From Octopus bimaculoides (taxonomy: Eukaryota), in contig NC_068988.1 of the NCBI RefSeq assembly GCF_001194135.2, positions 64,949,692 through 65,013,691 on the forward strand: a DNA stretch of 64,000 bases, read 5' to 3'. Numbering within the stretch: the first letter of the stretch is position 1; each line of letters opens with the position of its first letter. The translations under genes and the position numbers were made by a program. The notes under the pieces are model-generated. The model searched no databases. It worked only from the letters and a program-made list of their open reading frames with translations, and was not told where the DNA came from. Below are positions 52,914-63,615 of this stretch, in pieces.

Positions 52914-54686
52914 TCATACAGGAGTAGTTTCTCTTTTGTGTAAACATTTGTGGGCTAAAAGATGACCTTGTTGAGAAAATGCCTTACCACAAACATCACA
53001 GTGATATGGTTTGTCACCTGTATGGATACGTTTATGGTTCAATAAATGACCACTTCGAGAGAATGATTTACCACAGATATCACAGTTGTATGGTTTCTCT
53101 CCTGTATGAATGCGTATGTGTGTGTTTAAGTCAGTACTAGAAGTGAATGTTTTATCACAGAAATCACAGTGATATGGTTTCTCTCCTGTGTGAAGACGCC
53201 GATGTCGCAATAAGTTACAAGTGCGTGAGAAAGCTTTACTACATATATCACATTCATATGGTTTCTCTCCTGTGTGAATAATTCGGTGTGTAGATAATGA
53301 ATTACTAGCAGTGAATGTTTTTCCACAGATATCACAGTGATATGGCCTCTCACCAGTGTGAATACGTTTATGTGTTGATACAGAACTACTTTCAGAAAAT
53401 GCTTTCCCACAGATATTACAGCGATATGGTTTTTCTCCCGTGTGAATACGTTTGTGTTTGGATAAAGAATCATTGGCAGAGAAAGTTTTGCCACAAATAT
53501 CACAGTGATATGGTTTTTCTCCTGTGTGGATTCGTCTATGTGTGAGTAAAGTAGAACTATCGGTGAACATCCGGCCACAGACGCCACATTGATAAGGTTT
53601 CTCTCCTGTGTGAATACGTTTGTGTTTAGTTAAATGACCATTTATAGTGAACGATTTGCCACAAACATCGCAGTGGTACGGTTTCTCACCTGTGTGAATG
53701 CGTTTGTGTTCATTCAAATGACTGTTTCGAGAGAAAGCTTTACCACAAATATCACAGTGGCATGGCTTCAATCCTGTATGAATACGCTTGTGGTTAGATA
53801 AATACTGATTTGTAGAGAAATGTTTACCACATATATCACACTGGTATGGTTTCTCTCCTGAATGAATAGGTTTATGGGAAAGCAAATTACCTCTTTGGGA
53901 GAATGCTTTACCACAAATATCGCAATGATATCTTTTTTCCCCGGTGTGAATATATTTGTGGTTTGATAGATATTCATTAGTAGAGAACTTTTTACCACAA
54001 ATATCACAGTGATATGGTTTTTCTCCTGTATGAATACGTTTATGGGCCATTAAATTAGAACTTTGAGAGAACGTCATACCACAGATATCACAGTGATATG
54101 GTTTCTCTCCTGTGTGAAAGCGCTTGTGTTTAGATAAGCTACTATTTACAGAGAATGCTTTCCCACAAAGATCACACTGATATGGTTTCTCACCGGTGTG
54201 AATAAGTTTGTGTGTTGTTACCGAGCTACTTGCGGAGAAGCTTTTACCACAGATATCACAGTGGTATGGTTTTTCTCCTGTGTGAATACGTTTGTGTACA
54301 GATAAAGAACCATTTACAGTGAAGGTTTTACCACAGATATCACAATGGAATGGTTTCTCACCTGTGTGAATACGTTTGTGTGTCAATAAATCCCTATTTC
54401 GTGAGAACACTTTGCCACAAATACTACAGTTGTATGGTTTCGGACCTGTATGAAGATGTTTATGGTTAGATAAATATTCATTCGAAGAGAATTTTTTACC
54501 ACATATATCACAGCCATACAATTTTGAATCTGTATGCATCAATTTATGTTGAGTGAAATATTTTCTTATTTTAAATGATTTCCCACAGACATCACACCTG
54601 TATATCTTTCCTGTTTGATGAGAGACATCATTCCTATCAGGTGTTTTTTCCTTATGTATTTGACTTTCACCAAGTTTCTCTTCCAT
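52914..54686 (-). CDS. C2H2 zinc-finger protein, 590 aa, 20 tandem fingers, no recognisable effector domain
   Basis: Uninterrupted ORF with 20 C-x2-C-x12-H-x3-H repeats, mostly joined by TGEKP-type linkers. An in-frame TGA lies 5 codons upstream of the ATG, so the ATG at 54686 is the start. Typical of the expanded octopus C2H2-ZNF class. Confidence 0.97.
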   Translation of the reverse strand: MEEKLGESQIHKEKTPDRNDVSHQTGKIYRCDVCGKSFKIRKYFTQHKLMHTDSKLYGCDICGKKFSSNEYLSNHKHLHTGPKPYNCSICGKVFSRNRDLLTHKRIHTGEKPFHCDICGKTFTVNGSLSVHKRIHTGEKPYHCDICGKSFSASSSVTTHKLIHTGEKPYQCDLCGKAFSVNSSLSKHKRFHTGEKPYHCDICGMTFSQSSNLMAHKRIHTGEKPYHCDICGKKFSTNEYLSNHKYIHTGEKRYHCDICGKAFSQRGNLLSHKPIHSGEKPYQCDICGKHFSTNQYLSNHKRIHTGLKPCHCDICGKAFSRNSHLNEHKRIHTGEKPYHCDVCGKSFTINGHLTKHKRIHTGEKPYQCGVCGRMFTDSSTLLTHRRIHTGEKPYHCDICGKTFSANDSLSKHKRIHTGEKPYRCNICGKAFSESSSVSTHKRIHTGERPYHCDICGKTFTASNSLSTHRIIHTGEKPYECDICSKAFSRTCNLLRHRRLHTGEKPYHCDFCDKTFTSSTDLNTHIRIHTGEKPYNCDICGKSFSRSGHLLNHKRIHTGDKPYHCDVCGKAFSQQGHLLAHKCLHKRETTPV

Positions 54687-54805
54687 ACTGTCGAATCTTC
54701 ATAAAATAGAAAATTACGTTTCCACTGTAATTTTCAAGAGATATATTTCTATTAAAAATTTTCAATAATGCTATTATATTTTCTTCAAAACCTAATTATG
54801 TCTCA

Positions 54806-54825
54806 GCTGTAAAACAAAAATCTTT
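54806..54825 (-). promoter_or_regulatory. Splice acceptor of the ZNF coding exon (exon starts at 54806, 120 nt of 5'UTR before the ATG)
   Basis: Minus strand reads gatttttgttttacAG|ctgagac, implying unlocated upstream non-coding exon(s). Confidence 0.7.
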
Positions 54826-55274
54826 TTCTTATAATTCAGTCTTGAATTCAGAAATAATTCAGTTACGGCCAAGCCATAAATAGATAAGTGTAAGAAAGAG
54901 AAAAGTCTCAGTAAACTTTGCTGACACCATCACAGGAATGATGTAAAAAGTTATATATAGTCAGTCATAATGGAGTTAACTGCAATTAACAAGAAATAAT
55001 TCATATTGATAGAACTGAAGTTACATAAACAAGATTCTTATATCCTTGGTCATGTCATTCTTTAGTCTTCAGTCTGTCATCTCACCAGATACCCTGAAAT
55101 ATATAACAGCAGAGGTCATGAGTGAAGAGTGTATAAATTACAGGCATTGAAAAGACAGCAAAACAGACATGGGTAATATATAGAGAGAGAAAGAGGAAAG
55201 ACAACAACATGGACATGTGGTTGAAATGAGTGATGTTAAGTTGGATAGTAAACAGCCAAAAAGAACTATGTGTA

Positions 55275-55316
<42 letters not shown>

Positions 55317-57134
55317 ATCATTGTTTAACATCCATCTTCCATGCTAGCATGGACAGTTCCACAAAAGCCAGCCAAGCCAAAGCCTATACCAGACTTCTGT
55401 GACTGTTTTGGCAGGATTTTTACAGCTGGATGCCCTTCCTAACATTAACCACTCAGCAGAGAGGACTTAGTGCTTTTTACATGGGACAAGCACAAGCAAG
55501 GTCAGTTTCGGCAAGGTTTTTACAGCTGGATGCCCTTTCGAACACCAACTGCTTTACAGTGTGGACTGGGTGCTGTTAAGTGACACCTGCATACATACAC
55601 AAAGACTATATATTTGTCTAATACAATTGATGTAAAGGGATCATCTCTATAAACCATGAAACAATCCGTGACTGAGGCCAAAGAGTTATTCAGAAAGAAC
55701 AGCAATCATTTAGTGAAGTTATACACTAGTTACCTGGCTGCATGTTATCATGGATATGGAGAAAATAATGGAACAAATAATGTTGCTATATCTTCAGGTA
55801 TTGGTATTGTAGCATTCCTTGTTTTTTTTAATCAAGGCCAATGTTTCCTGCACCAATTACTTGTGCCAAAGAATTCTTCAAAGATTATAATTTCATTTTC
55901 TTTTAAAAGATGTTTTGCCATTTTTTTAAATGAATTTTCTAAAAGCTTTTAGTAATTTACAGTGGTGTTAACATTTGTTTTTGTGGAGTGGTGCAAACTA
56001 ACAGCAGTAATGATTCGTTTAAAACAGAAACTAATTAGAAATTACACTAATTCTCATTAATACAAACAAAGAGTACAGAAAAGTGCAGAGGGATCTCAAA
56101 CAAACTGACAGAAGGATTTCATTTGCAATAAAAGTTCCATTCTATGCCAGTATGTAACATGGACATTAAATAACAATAATAATCCTTTCTATTATAGGCA
56201 CAAGGCCTGAAATTTTGGGGGAAAGGACTAGTCAATCACATCAACCCCAGTGTTCAACTGGTACTTAATTTATCGACCTGGAAAGGATGAAAGGTAAAAT
56301 TGACCTCAGACCCGGAATGCATCTGATCACAAGCCTTCTGTCACTGAGGATAATCAACATCAAAATCTACCACATTGATGCCATTCTAAAGCATCACCAT
56401 CACTATCATCACAATAACCATCACCACCACTATCAGGAACAGCATCCTCAACTCAAAAAAAGAGCTTCTATGCAATTGCTAAGCCTGCTAGAAATAACAG
56501 TCAAAAATCTCTCTCAAACTCCACCCTGCCAGCTTAGAAAAAGAAGAATACAGTCAATAACATACTCCTAAATGCAATATATCTGGATTGTTATGGGCTG
56601 GTCATGGATGGACTTGAGCAGAGCTACACTGAAGCTATACAATAATAGATCAGCCCAATAAAGACTTCTCTAATTGTTGAAGTTAGTAAATCTCACAAAG
56701 CAACATAAAATAAGATGTTGAGGTCTCCATGACACCTAGAGGTATCAAATATAAACAACTTAAAACTCGACAACAAAACTGGAGGATTGAAAGATCAAGG
56801 CTCTTCAAGCCTGTGATTATTAACACTAATTAAATTGACATAATTAATCGTTTTATAGTTTTATTTTATAAACAACAAACATGATTATCTCTGTACAGCA
56901 CATAGTTTCTATATAGTCCCATCGGTTTTGTACCAGAGGTAGTAGTAGTCTACATACATATACGATTTCACCTATAAAACTGTAATTTACTCAGTTTAAT
57001 TCACTAATCTTAATAGTGTCGCTTGCATAAAATATTGATATGATTGTAAAATGGGTGAATGTAGGTCATTTCTATATGGTCCCTTTTGTTTTGCACAGAA
57101 AATCCTTCATGTAGATACCTGACAACTTTACTAT

Positions 57135-57850
57135 AGTGCTAGCCGCCTTCAAGGCCATGCTATTCTCAAAGAGATATTAAAAATATGGCCTAAACGCTGC
57201 AGGTTTTTCTGTTCCCAGCTCGAACCAGCGGGGCTGGACCGAGGGAACGGTAAAAGGCCTGATAGTGTTTCCCTTTTCCGTGGTGGTAGACCTCTCATCA
57301 GGGGTGCCACATGCTGTGACAACTCCAGCAGCAACTTGGTGTGTTCACCTACCAGCTCAAGTTGCGCCGCTCATCAGGCTAAGAAAAGCGGCAGAGGTAA
57401 AGAATACGCACACCACACGTTTTCGGTGTAACCCTAAACACCGGTATGCATATTCTTTACCTTTGCCAAAAAAGCAAACTGTCAAAGTATCGGCCACTCT
57501 TTGACAGGTTTATAGTCGAGCCTGTGAAAGTAGAGGCCTCCGATATTCTCGGCCCCGGGACCACATCCATGCTCACCGCTATCACCGGAGCAGAGATAGC
57601 TATCCGCAAGTGCGAGCCCCGTGAGTCAGAGTGGTTGTTCCAGTGTAACTCCCTCGCCATCTTCCGGGGCAACGCCCTTTCCATTTTGTCCCCTGCAGAC
57701 TGATATGTGACGGACTGATATTTGTCAGATATTACTTGTTACTTATTGTATTATTCACTAATTCATTTACGTAACTGTTCGGTACCATTTTTTCAAAAGC
57801 GGTGTCATATTTATGTTTCTTAACATAGTGGTGTGATAAATAAATAAAAA
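57135..57850 (+). mobile_element. 5'-truncated CRE-clade non-LTR retrotransposon relic (restriction-like endonuclease C-terminus plus 3'UTR)
   Basis: After removing 57390-57475 the frame reads SASRLQGHAILKEILK..QLEPAGLDRGNGKRPDSVSLFRGGRPLIRGATCCDN..AAHQAKKSKLSKYRPLFDRFIVEPVKVEASDILGPG..EPRESEWLFQCNSLAIFRGNALSILSPAD* (stop 57703). This fits the CRE RLE pattern LEPxGLxRxDGKRPD..WDxT..KxxKY..QRxSxAxxRGNA. A (TAAA)n-like tail lies near 57836-57850. Confidence 0.8.
57390..57467. mobile_element. 78-bp hairpin mini-element with 8-bp TSD (Merlin-like), inserted in the CRE relic
   Basis: 21-bp TIR GGCAGAGGTAAAGAATACGCA / TGCATATTCTTTACCTTTGCC (2 mismatches). TSD AGAAAAGC (57382-57389) / AAAAAAGC (57468-57475). 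Core contains GTAACCCTAAACAC. Removing it restores the host reading frame. Confidence 0.8.
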
Positions 57851-57977
57851 CAAAACACTTAAAAGTCAACAGACTGATAAATAAGTACTGAGGTCAATAT
57901 AAACGTCTAAAACCCTTGAAAGCAATGTCCCAGTCGAAAGATTGAAACAAAAAAAAAACAAAGATACTTGCTTACCA

Positions 57978-58205
57978 AAGGCGGGGAGCTGGCAGAAACG
58001 TTAGCACGCCGGGCTTAGCAGTATTTCGTCTGCCGTTATGTTCTGAGTTCAAATTCCGCCGTGGTCGACTTTGCCTTTCATCCTTTCGGGGTCGATAAAT
58101 TGAGTACTAGTTACGCACTGGGGTCGATATAATCGACTTAATCCATTTGTCTGTCCTTGTTTGTCCCCTCTATGTTTAGCCCCTTGTGGGCAATAAAGAA
58201 ATAAG
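57978..58205 (+). mobile_element. SINE family B, near full length
   Basis: AGGCGGGGAGCTGGCAGAAACGTTAGCACGCCGGGC..GGGCAATAAAGAAATAAG. Other copies at ~9622-9830, 10790-10990, 24775-24990, 41918-42155, 42890-43085, 56190-56310 and 58330-58480. Confidence 0.85.
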
Positions 58206-59054
58206 AGAGCCATTCTTTCGATGCCCCAAGATTTTTTCTTATATAAAATGCTTCAAATATTGTATAAGGCCAGCGGTGGACATTTTCCCTCAGTATCTAA
58301 TTCCAATGTCCACCAGGCCAGCAATTTAGGGGGAGGAATTAGTCAATTATATTGACACTTCTATTTGACTGGTACTTTATTTTATCGACCTCGGTAGGAT
58401 TTGAACTCAGAACATATAGAGCCTGAATCAATTAGCATTTTGTCCGACGCGCTAACGATTCTGCCAGCTCGCTGCCTTTGATCGTGTATAATAAAATGAT
58501 TCTATAACCAAAATGCGTTCATAAAACTATACGTTGTTATAAACAAAAGTATTCAACAGTGAAACAATTATATCCGTTGTATACTTTCGTTTTAGCTTGT
58601 TGTTTGTTTTGTTTTTTTTCCGACATGGAAATAGGATATCACCAGAGAAACACTAGGTCAACGTAAAATCTAGTCAAGACATGGAAGAAGACAAAGTCCG
58701 ACAGAACTATATGTGGAAATGTTAATGCATTTTTCAATAAAACCCATCATGAGAGAGAAAAGATGATCTGATATTAACATGTAGAAATAGACAAGACGAA
58801 ACTGGACACACTGAGGCCTCTGAGAAAGGCAAAACATTACATTTATATTGGATATGTTTAGGGACATAAGGTAAACGTAAGGGTGTTCCTACCTTCGTTG
58901 AGAGGGGTATCAAGGTGTGGAGCGCTAACTTGTGGTTAGAATTATATAAACGGGAAATAATAATAAAATGTAACTGCTGGAAATACAAGAATGGGAATAG
59001 ACCACCGGAACCGGATGTCTTAGGTAGTATTTGAAAGGAATTGTGGGTAATTAC

Positions 59055-59099
<45 letters not shown>

Positions 59100-60092
59100 T
59101 ACACACACACACACAGAGAAACATACACACAACGTGCGCGTGTATATGTATGGGTGTGTTTTATGTGTGTATATATATATATATATATACACACACATAC
59201 ACATACATACATAGAGAGAAATACACTCACAATGTACGAGTGTATTATATGTATATCATATTAGGTTAGTTAAGAAAATTAAAAGAACCCATTACGGAAT
59301 GCAGGGTGGTTGTAATTAGCGGAGTTTCGGATCAGAACGCCCACATAAGTTTGATTTTCTCCGTTATGTCGGGTTTTTCCCAATTTTGTTTTTCACCACG
59401 GCCTTCGAAAGATGAAACGCACCTTTTGATGAAAACAAATTTTTGAAGATTTTTTTTTTTCATTATCNNNNNNNNNNNNNNNNNNNNNNNNNNNNNNNNN
59501 NNNNNNNNNNNNNNNNNNNNNNNNNNNNNNNNNNNNNNNNNNNNNNNNNNNNNNNNNNNNNNNNNNNNNNNNNNNNNNNNNNNNNNNNNNNNNNNNNNNN
59601 NNNNNNNNNNNNNNNNNNNNNNNNNNNNNNNNNNNNNNNNNNNNNNNNNNNNNNNNNNNNNNNNNNNNNNNNNNNNNNNNNNNNNNNNNNNNNNNNNNNN
59701 NNNNNNNNNNNNNNNNNNNNNNNNNNNNNNNNNNNNNNNNNNNNNNNNNNNNNNNNNNNNNNNNNNNNNNNNNNNNNNNNNNNNNNNNNNNNNNNNNNNN
59801 NNNNNNNNNNNNNNNNNNNNNNNNNNNNNNNNNNNNNNNNNNNNNNNNNNNNNNNNNNNNNNNNNNNNNNNNNNNNNNNNNNNNNNNGCTGGGATTTATC
59901 CACAGTGATTAAAAAAAAAGGTATATTTTTCTTACACACATACGACTTCGTTTGGTTCATGGCGAGGGTTAAAAATTCGAATTCAAATTTTTTATTTTTT
60001 GCTGCTTAAATCCCAGCAATGGACTACCCGTGTGTTACCTCTGCATCATTAAACCATAAAATGTATTTATAGAGAGAAAATTATTGAAAAGA

Positions 60093-60443
60093 GTGGCTGT
60101 GTGGTAAGTAGCTTGCTTACCAACCACATGGTTCCGGGTTCAGTCCCACTGCGTGGCACCTTGGGCAAGTGTCTTCTACTATAGCCTCGGGCCGACCAAA
60201 GCCTTGTGAGTGGATTTGGTAGACGGAAACTGAAAGAAGACCGTCGTATATATATATATGTTTGTGTGTCTTTGTTTACATCGCTTGACAACTGTTGTTG
60301 GTGAGTTTACGTCCCTGTAACTTAGCGGTACAGTAGAAGATACTGATAGAATAAGTACCAGTGTTACAAAGAATAAGTCCTGGAGTCGATTTGTTTGACT
60401 AAAGGCAGTTAAATGACTGAAACAAATGAAAAAATAAAAGAAT
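60093..60443 (+). mobile_element. SINE family A, CpG-retaining copy
   Basis: GTGGCTGTGTGGTAAGTAGCTTGCTTACCAACCACATGGTTCCGGGTTCAGTCCCACTGCGTGGCACCTTGGGCAAG... through to AATGACTGAAACAAATGAAAAAATAAAAGAA. Confidence 0.82.
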
Positions 60444-60852
60444 GTATGTTTATATATGCATTTTTTTCTTGCTCAAGAACACAACGCACAGCCCAGAAAT
60501 CGAGCTCACTACCTCATGATTGTAAGCCCAACGCTCTAGCCATTGAGCCATAGGAAACTGCTTATCTATATCATATTTAATTAGGAATAATGTTATAATG
60601 GTTTATGGGGCGCAGATACGTTCAGGGTATTAAGGTGTTCTTTACATGCTATAAGCTGCTTATTGTTATTAAAAAATTTATCTCATTGCATGCTTTCCAT
60701 TATATGTATGTGAACACACACATGTACATATATGTATAAATTATGAGGGGAGCTTCCGATCAGGATGCTCACATAAGTTCGATTTCTGCCATTTTGATGG
60801 GGATTTTTCCAATTTATTTTTTCATCGTCTTGGAAATGAAGGGCGGCATCTT

Positions 60853-60898
60853 GGATCTTGTTCAAAACGGGGGCACCAGTATTTTCTTAACGAAACAC
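60853..60898. mobile_element. Terminal fragment of the same GGATC-TIR family as 45947-46568
   Basis: GGATCTTGTTCAAAACGGGGGCACCAGTATTTTCTTAACGAAACAC matches the TIR of the 45947-46568 element and runs into the gap at 60899. Confidence 0.7.
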
Positions 60899-60998
60899 NN
60901 NNNNNNNNNNNNNNNNNNNNNNNNNNNNNNNNNNNNNNNNNNNNNNNNNNNNNNNNNNNNNNNNNNNNNNNNNNNNNNNNNNNNNNNNNNNNNNNNNN

Positions 60999-61276
60999 AG
61001 GTACTTGTGGTCTTGTAGCGCAGTACATGAAATTTTTTTGCATTGAACAGCATATTATTTTGCTCTGCCCACGCATATATTGCATTTAGGTCATTATGCA
61101 GGCTTACAATATCATCAGGATTCTTTATTGCCTGAGATATCTTTGTGTCATCAGCATAGCTAGTGACAGTGGCTCTCCGAGTGACCGTGGGCATGTCCAG
61201 AAGGGCCACTATGAACAGTAGTGGCCCCAGAACAGTTCCTTGTGGAACACCGCTCAATATTTGTGTTTCCCTAGAT
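60999..61276 (-). mobile_element. LINE reverse transcriptase fragment (CR1/L2/Jockey group), isolated between two gaps
   Basis: ILSGVPQGTVLGPLLFIVALLDMP..VTSYADDTKI..DLNAIYAWAEQNNMLFNAKKFHVL contains the RT motifs GVPQG and YADD. Confidence 0.93.
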
Positions 61277-62253
61277 NNNNNNNNNNNNNNNNNNNNNNNN
61301 NNNNNNNNNNNNNNNNNNNNNNNNNNNNNNNNNNNNNNNNNNNNNNNNNNNNNNNNNNNNNNNNNNNNNNNNNNNNNNNNNNNNNNNNNNNNNNNNNNNN
61401 NNNNNNNNNNNNNNNNNNNNNNNNNNNNNNNNNNNNNNNNNNNNNNNNNNNNNNNNNNNNNNNNNNNNNNNNNNNNNNNNNNNNNNNNNNNNNNNNNNNN
61501 NNNNNNNNNNNNNNNNNNNNNNNNNNNNNNNNNNNNNNNNNNNNNNNNNNNNNNNNNNNNNNNNNNNNNNNNNNNNNNNNNNNNNNNNNNNNNNNNNNNN
61601 NNNNNNNNNNNNNNNNNNNNNNNNNNNNNNNNNNNNNNNNNNNNNNNNNNNNNNNNNNNNNNNNNNNNNNNNNNNNNNNNNNNNNNNNNNNNNNNNNNNN
61701 NNNNNNNNNNNNNNNNNNNNNNNNNNNNNNNNNNNNNNNNNNNNNNNNNNNNNNNNNNNNNNNNNNNNNNNNNNNNNNNNNNNNNNNNNNNNNNNNNNNN
61801 NNNNNNNNNNNNNNNNNNNNNNNNNNNNNNNNNTATAAAAACAAATAGTAAATGAGTATATGCATATATACGTACAGGTATGTGCATACCGACATCCACC
61901 TGTATGTATAGGTGCATATCTGGGTACAGGACATTGCAAACAAAACGTAGACGAGAAAACACACAAGCCACATAGAGAACATTCTTCTTCATCAGCTACC
62001 CCCGTTTTAACACCGGCGTTTCGAAGAGCTGGGCAGGACGCATCGCTAAAACGGCTCTTCCCATGGACCGCAAATTAAATTTGTATACACAAATTAAATC
62101 TTGCCATGGAGGAATGTAGTGGCGGACAAAAAAACAAGACAGGAAAACAAACAGAAAAGGTTATACGGCCAGACGGGAAAAATTATATGCATAAATGTGT
62201 ACATATAGATATATATACATATACAAACACACACATATGTATGTATGTATATA

Positions 62254-62509
62254 CATTGTGCGATGAATAAATTGTCATCTAAATTACGCAAAAATGAAAA
62301 TAACACTGACATCTCATTTTTAACAGATTTATTTACCAAAATTACGTATTAAAAATATCTTGAAATACTAAAAAGTAAATTTATTCAATAAAATCGCCAT
62401 TGGCTTCAACCGCGGCCTCCAGACGACTTCGGAATCTCCTGAAACTCTTCTGGACGGTGATTGCTGCCATAATCCTTGCCCTTGCCTTCGGTTCATCTTT
62501 GGTGTTACA

Positions 62510-62510
<1 letters not shown>
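62254..62510 (-). mobile_element. Tc1/mariner 3' relic
   Basis: CNTKDEPKARARIMAAITVQKSFRRFRSRLEAAVEANGDFIE*, followed by a terminus TA|CATTGTGCGATGAATAAATTGTC. Typical Tc1/mariner transposase C-terminus. Confidence 0.72.
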
Positions 62511-62556
<46 letters not shown>

Positions 62557-62855
62557 CACATAGATATACATACATACATACATATGTATATATATATGTA
62601 GTGAAACTAACACCTCAATCGCCATTGTATATACATACATTCATGCATACATACATATACATACATACATACATACATACATACGTTCATGAATATATAT
62701 ATACATATGCATACATACATACATACGTACGTACATATATGCACTAAAGGGGGAAAAGTGTCTGTCTAATAATAATAAATTTCAATTTGTTTTCAAATGC
62801 AATAATTAGTTGCAGCCTGCTGTTAATAATATAATTTATATATTCGCGCGCATTT

Positions 62856-62913
<58 letters not shown>

Positions 62914-63615
62914 ATACACACACACACACACACACACGCACACACATCTGTTTATCATTTTGCCTTTCTATTCCTTTTCATAACTCACTTGATATACGCC
63001 GAACTGTTGTCGCAATAACAGTAATCATCATCAACCGAGATGATTAGCGTTAGTGTAACCTAGTTGTCCGATAAAAAAAAATTGTTGTGATGGAATTAAT
63101 ATTTTATATTTAGATAAATATATTATAATATTTAGATATTATAATGCCTTGTCATAAAAGAAATACTAAAATGTAAATTCGTTCCCTTTATGCTTTTGGT
63201 GTGCAGAATAAAAGAGGTTGGATGTCTCCTGACTGAGCGTTTAACGTTTGGTTGACCGTTCCTCAGAGAAGATGTGTCCAGCTTCCTTCCCCCGATCAAA
63301 AGGATGCTGATTTGTTATATAAATTAGATTATAGCATACTGGCTAGCTTAATTTACATCTTTGCGCTTTTGTTGGATATTCTATCATTTATTTGTTTAAG
63401 TCATTGGACTGCAGCCAGGCTGGGGCACTGCCTCGAAAGGTTTAGTAAAACAAATCGATCCCAGTACTTACCTTTAAATCTAGTGCTTATTCTATCAATC
63501 TATTTTCGCCGAATCGCTAATTTACAGGGTCGTAAACAAACGAATACCGGTTATCTGTCAAGTAATGGTGGGAGACAAACAACACAAACAGAAAGACACA
63601 CACACATGATACATA

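Noticed and set aside
53126-54007. Alternative-frame and antisense ORFs inside the ZNF CDS
   Set aside because: Shadow frames produced by the 84-bp finger periodicity.
55086-55093. Possible 8-nt 5'UTR micro-exon of the ZNF gene (tttcAG|GGTATCTG|GTGAGA, minus strand)
   Set aside because: Both splice sites are plausible but this cannot be told from chance without junction reads.
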